This document shows, in pieces, positions 10,921 to 23,247 of a DNA stretch of 55,386 nt (positions are counted from its first letter, which is position 1; each line of letters opens with the position of its first letter). The notes under the pieces were generated by a model, which worked only from the letters and a program-made list of their open reading frames with translations, had not been told where the DNA came from and did no database searches. The position numbers and the translations under genes were made by a program. The stretch is taken from contig QPGO01000006.1 in NCBI GenBank assembly GCA_008632985.1, forward strand, positions 496,001 to 551,386. The letters run 5' to 3'. The DNA is from Psammoneis japonica. Its lineage: Eukaryota.

Positions 10921-13510
10921 AGCAGTCCTTCTTGCTTTCTTTCTCAGCACCATGGAGCAGAAGTTGCTCTCAACAGTGTCTGCTGCCAAGTTGTGCACAG
11001 ATTTCACCCCCCCTGTCTCCCCCCTTGCCACAGCACCACACCAGGTGCCAGGTGCAGTGCCACACTTGCTGTTCGCTCTCTCTCTGGCAGAGAGAGAGAG
11101 AGCCCTTGACACAAAATGCCCAAATGGCTTCAACAGGTGTTTGCCATTGGATTCCTTCTTCTGCTGCCACTGTGTGACAGCAGAAGCAAACACAGATTGC
11201 TGCTCTCCACTGGCAGCTGGCTGGAGAGCAGGGCCCATCCGTTGCCCTGCGAAACCTGCAAACCTCAAGAATGGATGTGGCACAGCAGACAAAAACATCA
11301 AGGGACATCTGCAACGCACAATGACTTTTCTTGCATTTTCCTTGCCAAGGATGGATCACCCCATCTTTGCTCTTGATTGCAGGCAAACTGACACAAATGT
11401 TGATGATGTGCTGTGCCATGAACTTCAGCCCCATTTTCCAACAGATGGACAAGGAGCTAGAGTGTCCAATGTCCATGACCCTGTCACACATGCAAGAAGT
11501 GTGGTGGGAGACACTGTGGTGTGGCGCATGACTCCTTTGCACATTTGTCAGCATGTGGTGGACAACTTTTTTTGACTCTTTGTTTGCCAGCATGGGTCAT
11601 TGCACAGATTTTTTGTGTGGTCATGTGGAAACACATTTTTGTCTGCACCACTGCCAACCTCAGCTTTCTTCTTGTCATCATCAACAGAGGATGTCATCAA
11701 ATTCAAGCTGCAACTCTTGTTGATGCTTTCATGCAGCTCGTTGAGCTGATCTTGGAATTTCTCTCAGAAAGCTGTCTTTTTGTGTGCGGTCATTTTTGAA
11801 GGTGACTTGCCAACCATTTTTCAAACTGCCTTGTGTTTCTCTTCATCCGTCAGCCTGAGGACCTGTTGAGTCCATTGCACCTGCTGTTGCACAGTCAATC
11901 AACCAAAAATCTGCTCGGTTTTTGTGTGCAGCCTCTTCAAAAGACAAAAAAACATTCTGACTGCAGCAACTGCATTGACAGCCTTGACTTTCCCATCTGC
12001 ATGAGAAGAGTGTCTTCAACAGGGATTGTCAATTTCATCAAAACTTTCCCCAGTTATTTTCTCTGCACCTGCACTCTGTGCCCCCTCATCTTGTCTTTTG
12101 CCACTTTCCACACCTCTCACCTCTGCATGGGCCCCGTCAAATGTTGTCTCTTTGCATCTTTCCCAAAGTCATTGTCTGCATGCCACTTTGGACAGTTCTG
12201 CACTGATTCAGCCAAGTGCTTGTCCTGTGTGGAGTCAGCAAACAAACAAAGATCTTTTTCAGAAAAAGCACCACCCATTTTCTCCTTGCAAACATGCACC
12301 CAATCTGACTCCTGTGAAAGAGTCAAATCAAACAATGATGCATTCATGTGGCAACACTCATGCACTCATGATTTGAAAGGTTGGTGCTGCAATGGCTTGT
12401 CTTGTGTTTGTCACTCTTTGCTGCAAATGCAACTTTGCTGGACAGGTGAAACAGCACGCCCATTTCAAACTTCACTCAGTGTTCATTGCTTGGAATCTGA
12501 GCAACCAAGGTGTTCTCTGTCTTTTTTGTTGACACAGCTTTAGGGTGCATGATCTCTGACGACACGAGCTCATGATCTTTGGAGGTGAGTTGTCGGGAGG
12601 CAGTTTTGGTGATCAAAAGTTGTTCCAATGGAAAGATTCTCTGCGGCAAATTCATCATTGTTCCATGATGGCAGTTGCAGGGCCATGTGCTGCTGCACCA
12701 TTGGTTGGAAGACAGATGGATTTGTCCACAGGGGCAATTCATGCGAACTTGCCAATTGACTCAAATCGAGGACTGCCCCAGAAAAAACTTGCTCAAGATC
12801 AAGATCCTCATTGTGGCCAAAAGTGCAGAAGCTTTGATGCCTGCAGCCAGAGTTAGGCTCATGGTGAAAACAAACATCTGCCCAAGAATGACCGCGCTGC
12901 TGCTTCCGCCCTTTCTGGCAAGCAGACGCAAAGATGGGCATCTTTGGCCAGCCCCCAACTTGCCAATTGCAACTCTGTCAGCTCCCAATGACTGCAACCA
13001 AGAGTGTGGAAACAATGACATGCACCCAGCTGCCTCTGAAAAGCTGTGAATTGTTGTCATCATGCTTCCGTGGGATGTTGCTCACGGAGAGACATTGGCT
13101 TTCTTTTCCCACAAAACGAGCCATCGCTCACAAGGCAGGCTCTCCTGCAGCACTTCAATGATCTCCACAAGCACTGCATTGCATCCCATGCAATGACCAT
13201 GGCCCCTGCTGGCATTGCCTCCAACGTTGCCATGCACAAGGTGTTGCTTCCAGCGCTGCCAAGTTGACAGCTCACCACAAATGCTGAAAGACCAAGCTGG
13301 AGCGACTGCCTGCCAGAGAGAGCAAGAGCATCTCTTTTCCCAAGCTGGCTCCTCTCACACAGCAGATGCTGCCATTTGCTGCATTGGTTGGTGGAGACAC
13401 ATTCCCTTCCAAACTCTGCAAATCGGGCACAAAGAAGTTCTGTCGACAAGCCACGAGGGCCAGCTGGCCACCCGCCATCTCGCACTCCTGAATGAACTCG
13501 CGCATGGGTC
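10920..13510. mobile_element. Degenerate TpA-depleted repeat relic, family unresolved
   Basis: Almost no TpA, few CpG and no coherent ORF. Faint Pif1-like fragments (KIKILIV, LPIATLS, MAPAGIASNV). Confidence 0.35.
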
Positions 13511-13775
13511 ATGAATTATGACTGTGACCGACTTAGATCATGACTACCAAATTGTCTAGTCATTAACAGCATTGGGCATATATAACGTTCAAATCAGAAA
13601 GTCATTGCAAGTCTCATACAGTTCACCGTTGTTTCTACTGGAACTAGAGAGATACCTGACATTTTCAATTCTCCTCGAAACAATGAAGAGTCATTTGAAA
13701 ATTTCGCGCGACATTCAAACAACGTTCGCCTTCACACAAAAAGCACCAGAGTGTAATCGCAACAAGGCCCGAAAT

Positions 13776-14351
13776 ATGGTTTCTTCTTCTGACACACAAG
13801 CTGATTCTTCTCATCCCATGAGCGAGCCTCTTCTAACCGATGAAGAGCCACAGCGCTTCGATGACCGCGTTCCCGAGGAGTTTCTGCAGTACGGAGTGTG
13901 GCTCTCCACGGTGATGGGAGCAACGCTTGGTTTCCTCGCTCCCTTTATTGCTTTAGGTGTCGCTACAGTTGTATCAATAACAAAATTTCCTCATCTGAAT
14001 GTTGACATTCCATTCAATGTTGTATGGACCATCCTGGTGTTGTTGGCGGTTTACGTTTCCCAGCTTCTCTTGCAAAAGACGATCATCCGGCGCTCCCGAC
14101 AGGAAGGGGTCACGGAGGAAGCTCTCGAACTCGTCAAGCTTCGATTTGGTCTAGGTGCTTTGGTAGGCTTACTTCTTTCATGGGCCCTTTCCTGTTTGGT
14201 GATTGGCTTTTCTTTTTGGGACAAGATCGGATTGATATCTGGCGGAGTCATTGTCTTTATGTACACCGAAACTCGCGCCATGAGAATTTGCGAAGAAGAC
14301 TACCGCGTTCAAAGGGTGAATGATCCCATTGTCGGAGTTGTCGTAGTTTAG
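13776..14351 (+). CDS. Multi-pass membrane protein, paralog of 17347..17931
   Basis: About 4 hydrophobic segments. ELVKLRFGLGALVGLLLSWALSCLVIGFSFWDKIGLISG is nearly identical to the paralog. ATG at 13776 is in frame with the ORF. Confidence 0.75.
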   Translation: MVSSSDTQADSSHPMSEPLLTDEEPQRFDDRVPEEFLQYGVWLSTVMGATLGFLAPFIALGVATVVSITKFPHLNVDIPFNVVWTILVLLAVYVSQLLLQKTIIRRSRQEGVTEEALELVKLRFGLGALVGLLLSWALSCLVIGFSFWDKIGLISGGVIVFMYTETRAMRICEEDYRVQRVNDPIVGVVVV

Positions 14352-14518
14352 GACTAAAACAAAAACGGAACACAGCGCTTTCATGCGGCACCTCTCGCCC
14401 TTTAAGTCGCCATAGAGAATGAATAAAATCATGTGAATAACTACAAAGTAACTACCTTTTTTCAAAACGAAAGACGACCTTTGTGTCTCGCCTACTCTCA
14501 CTAAACATCGGCCATTGG

Positions 14519-15847
14519 TCAAGACGAGGACAAGTACTCTTCTAGATCATTTGGGACAACCATGGAGCCGGCAGGTGCCTCGGTAAACATAGGGAGCTTG
14601 TCGCTGCCAAATGTAATCTGAACGGGCCTATCAACTGCGCGAAGGACGGCGTCAGCATTCAAAATGAGATGAAGAACGTGCTTGAAACGCTGACCAGCAT
14701 AGATCCAGCTTTCGTGATGGTGTAGAAGCAGCTCTTCTATCGAAAACATCCTCAGAGACTCAAGACGGTGCTTATCTTCTGACAGCTTGAACTTTGCAAT
14801 ATGAGAGCTACCGTTGATGGAGATTTGCAACAGTTCTCTCATCTTGGGAATAGACGCCTTAATGCTCGTCTGTATTTTGATTGCGCTGTTTGTTTCTCTC
14901 GAAAAGCCATCGACCTGGGAAGATGCCATAATTTTGTATCGCCCTACACGAAACTGGTTGATCGAGACGTAGGCAGTGTGAGAATCCCTCTCGCCGCAGC
15001 AAATTCCCTCGGTCTGAAAGGTAGCATCGGACATATCACTTGTCTCTCGTTGAGGAATTTGCTGAACAAGAAGCACGTGTCCCACCTTCTGAGCAAAGTA
15101 ACATTTTCCAAGGTCATGTCGCTGCCCGCAGAGTACACGAATGAATGATGGCCCAGAAATAAGGTCGATATCGTCAAGGTTCTCCTCGCTCTTAATAGCG
15201 GCTGCTACTGCTCTGGGGACAGCTCCCGGACTGAAAGGCCATTTTTCAGTGCGCTCGTTATTTTCCTTTGCTGGTAGAGTAACTGGTAAGGCCTTTGGTG
15301 CAACGAACGAGGGTGGTTTTTGATTCAGAGTCAACCGCATCATGGACTCTTGCAAAGGCGCTGCATGCGTCAAAGGAATCGACACGGAGGGGTTCTGGCA
15401 ACGTCCATCCCACAACGCGAAGCAGTGAGACTCTCGCACCAGCCAGTTAGGATCCTTGGGTAGAGCTTCAGCAGCCTCACGAGCTCCGTCCGTTTTTGCG
15501 ATCCGTGAAGCAGAAACGACACCACTGGCCACCGCAGCATCGAAAGCGTCGACATCAAAGCCTAGCTCGCAAAGACGACTGCGGTGTCCAGGGCAGACTA
15601 GTACGGATTCAATGGTGGTATCTTTTTTCGGACAACTGTTGCCGCAGATGCAAACTCCACCCACCTTCTTCAGATGCTTAGAAGAGGACAAGTGATCAAA
15701 GCACGTGACGATACCGTTGATTTCCTTGTCGCACAAGATGCATTTTGGTGGCGTAAAAGCTTCACATTTTTCTCGGCGCGTCTGTTTGAAGTGGCTCGAA
15801 GCACGCAAATCACCAGACGAAACCGCTCGCTTCCTTCCTTGGGACAT
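14519..15847 (-). CDS. C2H2 (matrin/JAZ-like) zinc-finger protein with RAI1/DXO-like C-terminal domain
   Basis: CILC-x12-HLSSSKH finger. IMASSQVDG...IKIQTS...LLQISING resembles DXO GEVD...ELKT...WAQSFLLG. Confidence 0.55.
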   Translation of the reverse strand: MSQGRKRAVSSGDLRASSHFKQTRREKCEAFTPPKCILCDKEINGIVTCFDHLSSSKHLKKVGGVCICGNSCPKKDTTIESVLVCPGHRSRLCELGFDVDAFDAAVASGVVSASRIAKTDGAREAAEALPKDPNWLVRESHCFALWDGRCQNPSVSIPLTHAAPLQESMMRLTLNQKPPSFVAPKALPVTLPAKENNERTEKWPFSPGAVPRAVAAAIKSEENLDDIDLISGPSFIRVLCGQRHDLGKCYFAQKVGHVLLVQQIPQRETSDMSDATFQTEGICCGERDSHTAYVSINQFRVGRYKIMASSQVDGFSRETNSAIKIQTSIKASIPKMRELLQISINGSSHIAKFKLSEDKHRLESLRMFSIEELLLHHHESWIYAGQRFKHVLHLILNADAVLRAVDRPVQITFGSDKLPMFTEAPAGSMVVPNDLEEYLSSS

Positions 15848-17346
15848 AATTTTAGGTTCTGCAGAATTGCGGCTATCCAATGACGAACAGGCATTGGTGA
15901 GCTGGAGGGGTGCTCAGTGCTGAGCCTTCTCCAGGACTTTGAGTGCTCGTTCCTCTCGATGTATGTCAAAAGCTCTTTCCACCTTTCCAGTGAAACCCCA
16001 ACCTTATCGCAACGACTTTTGCAAACATTTGTGCTGCCGGGTTTTGAGGTGTACTTCACTTCCGATTGGTTGCATGAAAATCTCATTCCCGTACGCGACC
16101 GATACGTAATGGCAGAGAGATGAAACACTGGCAGTCACCGATGCACGCCATGCTCTTTTTCCAGTCCAAGGAGAGAATGAATACAAGAGCTTCTTTCCGG
16201 TCACTATCCCTAACAAAGACTTGTAAACAGCTCAAGTGGCTGTTCTCTATAGAATACTGATCATCATGATTTGGGCCAGACACCTTGGACGGGCATTGCA
16301 TTGCGACTAATGTTGGCGATAAAATCGTCTTGATTGAGCCACAGTGTCCTATATGATGAACCTTACAGTTCCACGAATCCAGCGGGGGAATCAAGTTTCT
16401 CTCAATCTTTTTATAATGTGTTGCCTCTGAAATGTGGGAGATGAATGCAACAAAATGCGGCGTAGTCTCTGGTAGAGAGTGCTGTCGCAGCAGGTCGAGA
16501 AGTCCCCCTTTTCCGTGGAGACGATAATAACCGTAGGAAACAAACAGTAGTACGTGGCATTCAATCTAACCACCAAACAAGCAACTGGAAACCAATCATG
16601 ACGTATCGTTTCTCCAGCGCGACAAGGGATACAACTTGTATCCCGTATCGCGCTGGAGACCCCCCGCAAGGATGAAAAATCTCTCGGTTCATCGGGAGTG
16701 TACACCAGTGTCCCGGGGGACAGATTGGAAAATCAGTCGACACGCAACCTTGTATCTCTTTTCATGGTTTCATTCCGCGAAGTGACCTGCACAAATCGGG
16801 GTCAGCTTATTCTGCCTAGATGCGAAACGAAATGCTCCATTTGTCCCGATTGGGATTGGGGAATTCCTTGACCAGAAAACTGACGTTTAAAAAAAGATTG
16901 GTGGTCATGTGCTGCCGTCTTGTTGGTACGTAGATGGTCGTCTCCCAGCGTTGAGGTGTATGCGTGTTTTTAGCTTGATCATTTTCGATTTTTGAATTTT
17001 TGTTTTTCACTCTCTCTCAAAAAATGGCGGGAAACATGCGATTGGCGTTAGATTCTTTACTAACATGTGATACAAGGACAAATTTGTTTAAGCAATGGGT
17101 CATTCTGGTTTTATAGCCACCTATTATTACGAAGAAACTAATCTTATCTTCCCTTTCTATTCAGTCCTGAGTACTCAACGGTTCAACGCATCCTTTTGAT
17201 ACTGATCTCTACACAGCCCAACGCGACAACTCAACGTTCAAGTTCCCGGAACAAACATCTTCATTCGGCATCAAACACGTTCCGACACAACCCGCACTTG
17301 AGCCGCAGCAACAATACACACACACTTCTTTCTTACTCGCATCACC

Positions 17347-17931
17347 ATGGACGAATCATCCTCTTCTTCTTCGACACGCATGCCTCTGTTGGCTGATACG
17401 GGTGTGATTGTAGAATCAACGACACCACGACGTCAACAGCAGATGTTTATTCACAACACTCCTCAAGATTTGGAGCGCGGTGTTGCCTTTAGCACGCTCT
17501 TGGGTACAGCCGTTGGCTTTGCTTCACCCTACCTTGCCATTGGCATGACTCTCCTCGTCGCCATTGGTGTTTCCACGTGGTTTGGTATCGTCTTGCCCGT
17601 CCCAGCCATCATGACACAGCTCGTCTTTGTCATGTTGTTTTGTACGCTCGCGACCTATCACGGAATTTTGTTGGGATGGTTCCGGGGACACTCTCTCGCG
17701 GAAGATACCATGGAACTCATGAAGTTGCGTTTTGTGTTGGGTGCGCTTGTGGGATTGCTCATTTCGTGGGTCTTGACGTGTCTTGTGTTGGGATTTACCT
17801 TTTGGGACAAGGTTGGATTGCTTTCCGGGTTGGTGACGGTGGTTTGGTCCTACGAAACGCCTGCGGCGAATCTAAACGAGGATGATTATCAGACGCATCC
17901 TGCCAAGTCTCTACTTATTACAGTTGTGTAA
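17347..17931 (+). CDS. Multi-pass membrane protein, paralog of 13776..14351
   Basis: ELMKLRFVLGALVGLLISWVLTCLVLGFTFWDKVGLLSG; shared EDDY...VV C-terminus. Confidence 0.8.
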   Translation: MDESSSSSSTRMPLLADTGVIVESTTPRRQQQMFIHNTPQDLERGVAFSTLLGTAVGFASPYLAIGMTLLVAIGVSTWFGIVLPVPAIMTQLVFVMLFCTLATYHGILLGWFRGHSLAEDTMELMKLRFVLGALVGLLISWVLTCLVLGFTFWDKVGLLSGLVTVVWSYETPAANLNEDDYQTHPAKSLLITVV

Positions 17932-18313
17932 GAAAAGGAACGTGACTGTTTTAGAGAAGGCCTAGTAGTGTGACGGTGATACCTTATCAAGAAGAGGTGT
18001 TTTTGGCTGTTGATTCCAACTCCATATCACCAAGATGATTCGCCCGCTTGTTGAAACGTAGAAATATATGTAAAATAGTTCTTTGCATAGCAACGAACCT
18101 CCTGTCCTTATTGTTTGCTTTTGGTCATGCCATGTCGGCTAGAGTGACGATTTGACACCGTCCGCCCCTTTTGCTTGACATCATTCGTACAACGGTCGAG
18201 CATTCAACGCACGCACAGACAAAAAAGGTGCACCGACTTGCTTACTTCCGACCGTGTCGACATTTACACCTTTTTATACCACAAAAAATTGATCTCTGCT
18301 GCTCCCTCTCACA

Positions 18314-19150
18314 ATGTCCCTGTCACTTGCTTCCAAAACGAAGACGGCTCTCGTGTTGGGTGTTGCCAACAAGCGATCGATTGCGTGGGCCTGTGTTCGT
18401 GCCTTGATGGATCGTGGTGACTATGATGCGGTGATTTTTACCTACCAAAATGAGCGCTTTCAAAAGACGGCCCACGAATTGTGTCAATCATCAGAAGCAT
18501 CATGCGAAGTAAAGTGTTTGGAATGCAATGTCGAAAAGGATATACCAAATTTGTTTCAAGATGCCATTCCAGAATTACTTCAGAAATCAGACTACAAGTT
18601 GGATACCATTGTACATTCCGTCGCGTACGCTCCACCCGACGCCATGAAGGATGGAGGAAGCTTGTTGCAGACTAGCCGCGAGGCGTTTCATACGGCACAC
18701 GACATTTCCGCTTATTCACTCTTGGAAGTGGCTCGCTGTTCCGAACCAATCATGAGTAGAAATGATTCTTGCATTACAACGCTTTCTTATTTGGGTGCGA
18801 CGCGAGCCATTGCAAATTACAATGTCATGGGACCCGCCAAGGCCAGTCTCGAAGCCATTGTGAGAGGCTTGGCGTTGGAACTGGGATCAAACAATACGCG
18901 TGTCAATGCCGTGAGTGCAGGACCCGTCAACACCTTGGCGGCACGGGGAATTGCACAATTTACCACCTTGCGAAACCATGTCGAAAAGCAAGCACCCTTG
19001 AAACGAAACGTGACTGCCGAGGAAGTGGCAGATACGGTTGCCTTCTTGTCACAAGCTACTGGAATTACAGGACAAACAATCCATGTCGATGGGGGTTACA
19101 GTATTGTAGCGGGACCCGAGCCGCTGCAACATGATGAGGACCAGCAGTAG
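18314..19150 (+). CDS. fabI: Enoyl-[ACP] reductase (NADH), bacterial-type FabI
   Basis: LVLGVANKRSIAW, VHSVAYA, DISAYS, catalytic YNVMGPAKASLE, RVNAVSAGPVNTLAA, ITGQTIHVDGG. Confidence 0.93.
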   Translation: MSLSLASKTKTALVLGVANKRSIAWACVRALMDRGDYDAVIFTYQNERFQKTAHELCQSSEASCEVKCLECNVEKDIPNLFQDAIPELLQKSDYKLDTIVHSVAYAPPDAMKDGGSLLQTSREAFHTAHDISAYSLLEVARCSEPIMSRNDSCITTLSYLGATRAIANYNVMGPAKASLEAIVRGLALELGSNNTRVNAVSAGPVNTLAARGIAQFTTLRNHVEKQAPLKRNVTAEEVADTVAFLSQATGITGQTIHVDGGYSIVAGPEPLQHDEDQQ

Positions 19151-19359
19151 GTATTGCAGTTGGTTAGGGTACAACAAGAGCCTATTTTGTTAGAGGTTGC
19201 ATGGAATACAACGCAGCGTCGGCTCAAGAGCAACTTTATACTAAGTGACAATTGAAAGAGGAGGATAATATAACGATCCATATATCTTTTCAACTGGCTT
19301 GAACGGACAAGACATTCTCAATGGATAAACACAAAAATGCTGCACCGGTTGCTTCGTCC

Positions 19360-20975
19360 TTAAACTTCAATACAAGAGTCAGGCACGCCAAGATCAACCG
19401 ACTCGCGGTCATCCTCTTCAAGCGCTGTCCCAGCCGACTGGGAGCTTAGCACCGTCACCTTGACCATTTTGAGCATATCTTCCACGGCTTGAGTGCTTCC
19501 TTCTTCGCTGCTGGCGTCCTTGTCGTCAGCAGCGGCGCCTTCCAGCAGCGTCAATAGCTGCGCACCCGAAAGACCGTCCGTGGCAGTTCGATTAACCTTG
19601 ATAATCGAGTCACCCTCGAAAATCCTACCCAAAAACGAGCTGGCTGAATCGATTGCTGTGACTGTGGGGTAGCGGGACGAGGACGTGGCGTTGTCAACGT
19701 CAAGCCCAATAATTGCCTTGCTTCCCTTGGTGTTGGGTAGAACGTAGATATCTCGAACAACTTGATTGTTGGCAGACGTCTCTTGCCGTCTTAGCGGAGA
19801 CGTGGGAACTTGCTGCCGCTTTTCAAGCACAAGCTTCTCCAATTGCTCCAACTCGTTGGCCACGGAAGACGACTCTCGCTTGGTTGACACTCCGCGCCGC
19901 TTGCCTGCTTCAGATGCATCACGTTCTTCCTCTTGACCAAGCAGTCCGGTCACGGATGGAGACGGAGAAAAAACCATGGAATCAGCCTTGGAGTTTGGTG
20001 TGCCCAATTGAGCTTCATAGTTTTGTTCCTCGTCGACACAATCTTCGCCGGCCAGATCTTCCGAGTAAGTTGATTCGCTCCCATTGGTCAAGCTGCTGCA
20101 GTCGGAATCAACGTAGACAACTTCAGCGTCATCGTCAAAGTCTACCGGTGATTCCGCAACAATATTCCTGCTGTCAATGTGCACAGCAATGCGCTCCTCT
20201 TCCTCGGCCGTATCAGTGAGAGTTGACACGTTGGAAAGAGACAAGTCTTCTGGGTCAACATTGTGGTTGGCGTCATTTTCCATTGTATGATCGTCCCGTT
20301 GTTCGTCCATGGGAGGTAGCATGCTTGGAGGCGTGTCATCCATCCAGACACCGCTAAAGTCAGACGCACCATTGCTGCTAGCACTCGTCATGCTTCCTTC
20401 GTCACCGCGTCCGCAAAAGCGGCTCTTGAAGCTACTGCCGTCGTCATCGTAGTAGTCTTGTTCGTTTTCACCTTGCTTGGCAGCACGAGAGCGACGGCGC
20501 GCACTGGAACAGTACATGAGGAGAGTGCATAAAATAATTGCGCTTGAGATTCCAATCATGGTGGCAGGAATTACTCGGGATGCCGTTTCTATTTCTCCTA
20601 GCCAACGCCGATGTGACGCAACATAGATCTGCCGGAACAAAAAGAGCAAGGTGAGGATTGCTAACGTCGTTTCAAAAACCATTCGAAAAGGAATATCACC
20701 GTGTCGTCACTTACAAAATCATCAGAGAACACGTTCATTGCGCCGTCCACCCTCTTCCGAAGGAGACCGTGGGGTTCGTTGGAGTCGACATACACGGAGG
20801 TATCTCTTTGGCTCGATCCCCCAGCTTGCTCGTCGCCGTGGACAGGTGGGTAAGGAACGACCCCTCTTGATAAAGGTCGAACGGCAGCAGTCGCCACACT
20901 GCCCGACATGCAAAGAAGGAAGAGACTGGTGCGTCGTCCAAGGACGCGGAGGGAGGAGCGGCAGCAGTTTGACAT
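19360..20975 (-). CDS. Single-pass membrane protein with acidic low-complexity region and C-terminal PDZ-like domain; one intron (20629-20699)
   Basis: A 71-bp phase-0 GT..AG intron joins ORF 20661..20975 to ORF 19360..20682. TM segment VIPATMIGISSAIILCTLLMY; PDZ-like IGLDV...GRIFEGDSIIKVN. Confidence 0.65.
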
Positions 20976-21665
20976 GGCAGCGAATCGATGCTGTTGGGCT
21001 CGCGTCGAGTGGAAAGTGACCAGAGATTTTATGACGCCAAAGAGTAGTTCTTGGTTTCAGAGTTCGATCCGTTCCCTTTATTATGTAGAGGTACACTTGG
21101 TATGGGAAATCGAGAGGTTTCGTTCATTTAGGAGAGTGCCCTCGCAAGTTGTGTGAGTCGGATTTTGAGTATTCAAACCGCTTAAGAATTCATGTATTCG
21201 TATCATGTACTCAACCGTCGACTCGTAATGGCATCGCGACTCGGGTTGTCGAATATAACCCCCGCTGTACCCTAGTTGTTCATCGTGGCGACTCTGTCGG
21301 AGCAACGCTCGGTGGATGGTGGTGGTGCATGCAGTCGTGTATGATCCACTTTGGTATTAGTTCTGCGTAGAATTCTACTCCCAATCGTGGTTGAGTCGTT
21401 TCAATGGTATATCATTATAATACGCGAATGGCATATTTTGGCCACGGCGGCATGTTGGATCGTTTGCACTGGCAATGAAATCAGACAATGAAATCAGACT
21501 TAGGCCCTACCTTTGCAAACATTTTAAGATATGTACTACAGTGCCTGTAAAAAGACCCGACCTACCTCGTTACATAGGGCTATTGTCTTATGCTTAGGTC
21601 TCTAATATCTAATAATAGCTACTTACTATTCTAATGTCAATCGCCTCCATTTTTCGGTCTAAGCA

Positions 21666-22925
21666 TCACTCGGCCTTCGAAGGCAAGTCACGAATTCGAT
21701 TACACGTGTCATAAAAGGCTGACGAAGTGAGGCGATGGATACGGTCATCGTCGCCGTAATAAAGAACTTGACGCGTTGGATCTCCGTCTTCTCCCGGGAG
21801 GTGATTATTGACGACAATCGTGAGACTTCCATCTTGATTGTCCTCCACAGACTCGAGTATTGGATAGCAGCCATTAGGTATGTACTTGTCACGAATCATG
21901 CAAACAATCTCGTCATAATCCATCGCCGCGCCTTTGTCATCTTCCCAAACAATGTCACGAGCCAAAACACGATCAATATGAGGCTGAAATTGTTCCCAGG
22001 CGTCCGGAGCAGATCCATCCAAAGCTGCAAGGTAGTCACGAAGCCGCTGGATATTTCCGAGCATTCCCTCTGACTTGGAGGCAACGCTCGACACCAAATT
22101 CTCAAACCCTGCTTCGTTCTTTGGCGTCGCAGACCAATACACAATCTTGCCGTTGCGAACGACGCCCTTTTGTTCGGTGGGACCTTGGTCGACCCCGTCG
22201 ACAATGTTGCGAACCGTCACACAAATCCCATCCTCGTCGCTTGATATTTGTTCAAGTTTTGCCACATTTCTCCCCTCAGAATAGGTCCTTGCCCACGTTT
22301 TGAAATCATCAAAGCCCATGGTTTCGTTTCCGTGTACAATGACAACATTTCTGTCAACGATTTCGTTGATAATGGGTTCAGCCTTGGCATACGCGTCGGG
22401 AGACCCATCAAAGCAGGCCAACATGGCAGCCTCTTTTTCAGCAATCTCCTTGTTTGAAAAAACCAAGGCTCGCTTGACCAAGGCACCAAACTGGGCGGTA
22501 TCAGGATCAATCGGACGGACACTCACAACCTTTCCGTCCTTAAAACACACAACCTGGCGGGTCACATCATTCTCCGGGCCGCCAGGAATATGATTGTTAA
22601 CGGTCGTTGTCACTGATCCATCTCCATTGTCGACGATGTTCTCCAAGTCGACATAGAAGCCTTGGTTGCACATGGACTGAATCAAAGCCATGGTAGCGTC
22701 GTACGAAAGATCTTTTCCTCCAGGATTTCCAACGACTAGATCCGTGTGAAAGGCTTCTTCAAAGGCCGTCTTGAATTTCTCAGCAGCCTCGGGTGTACCA
22801 TCAAAGATGGAAAAGTAGCGTTCAAGCATGCTCATCTGATTGGCCATGGTATCTTTGGACAGCTTCTCGGTGGCGGAGGCGGTGCTAACGTAGGCACTGG
22901 TGTTGTTGTTTTGGACACGAACCAT
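21666..22925 (-). CDS. Protein of three tandem NTF2/SnoaL-like domains
   Basis: Three ~130-aa units starting YFSIFDG, MLACFDG and YLAALDG, each with LE.....DG...tV.N. The fold call is inference. Confidence 0.7.
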   Translation of the reverse strand: MVRVQNNNTSAYVSTASATEKLSKDTMANQMSMLERYFSIFDGTPEAAEKFKTAFEEAFHTDLVVGNPGGKDLSYDATMALIQSMCNQGFYVDLENIVDNGDGSVTTTVNNHIPGGPENDVTRQVVCFKDGKVVSVRPIDPDTAQFGALVKRALVFSNKEIAEKEAAMLACFDGSPDAYAKAEPIINEIVDRNVVIVHGNETMGFDDFKTWARTYSEGRNVAKLEQISSDEDGICVTVRNIVDGVDQGPTEQKGVVRNGKIVYWSATPKNEAGFENLVSSVASKSEGMLGNIQRLRDYLAALDGSAPDAWEQFQPHIDRVLARDIVWEDDKGAAMDYDEIVCMIRDKYIPNGCYPILESVEDNQDGSLTIVVNNHLPGEDGDPTRQVLYYGDDDRIHRLTSSAFYDTCNRIRDLPSKAE

Positions 22926-23247
22926 GATTGTAGTTGTTGTTTGTTTTGTTGTTGTTGCTTTTGTTTTTTGTTCTCAATTGAATTTTATGAGATTAAATGG
23001 AGAGCAAGCAGAAAAGAGATCGTGCGAAACGACGGGCAAGCCGTCTCCATGGTCACTTCACAAAGCATCACTCCAAAAATGTGGGCTTCACCGCAACTTC
23101 GGACTTCACGCGTCGCTTTCAAACAAGCGTTGAAAGTTGAAACGTGACTCAACGTCATGCTTGCGTCATCATTTCAAACGGGCGCGCGCCTCGCACAACG
23201 CACCCTCTGCCTCCTATCCCCACTCGGGCAAAAAATCGAACCACTCA

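Noticed and set aside
12570..13260. Firm Helitron/Pif1 helicase call
   Set aside because: Motif fragments are weak and not clearly in canonical order.
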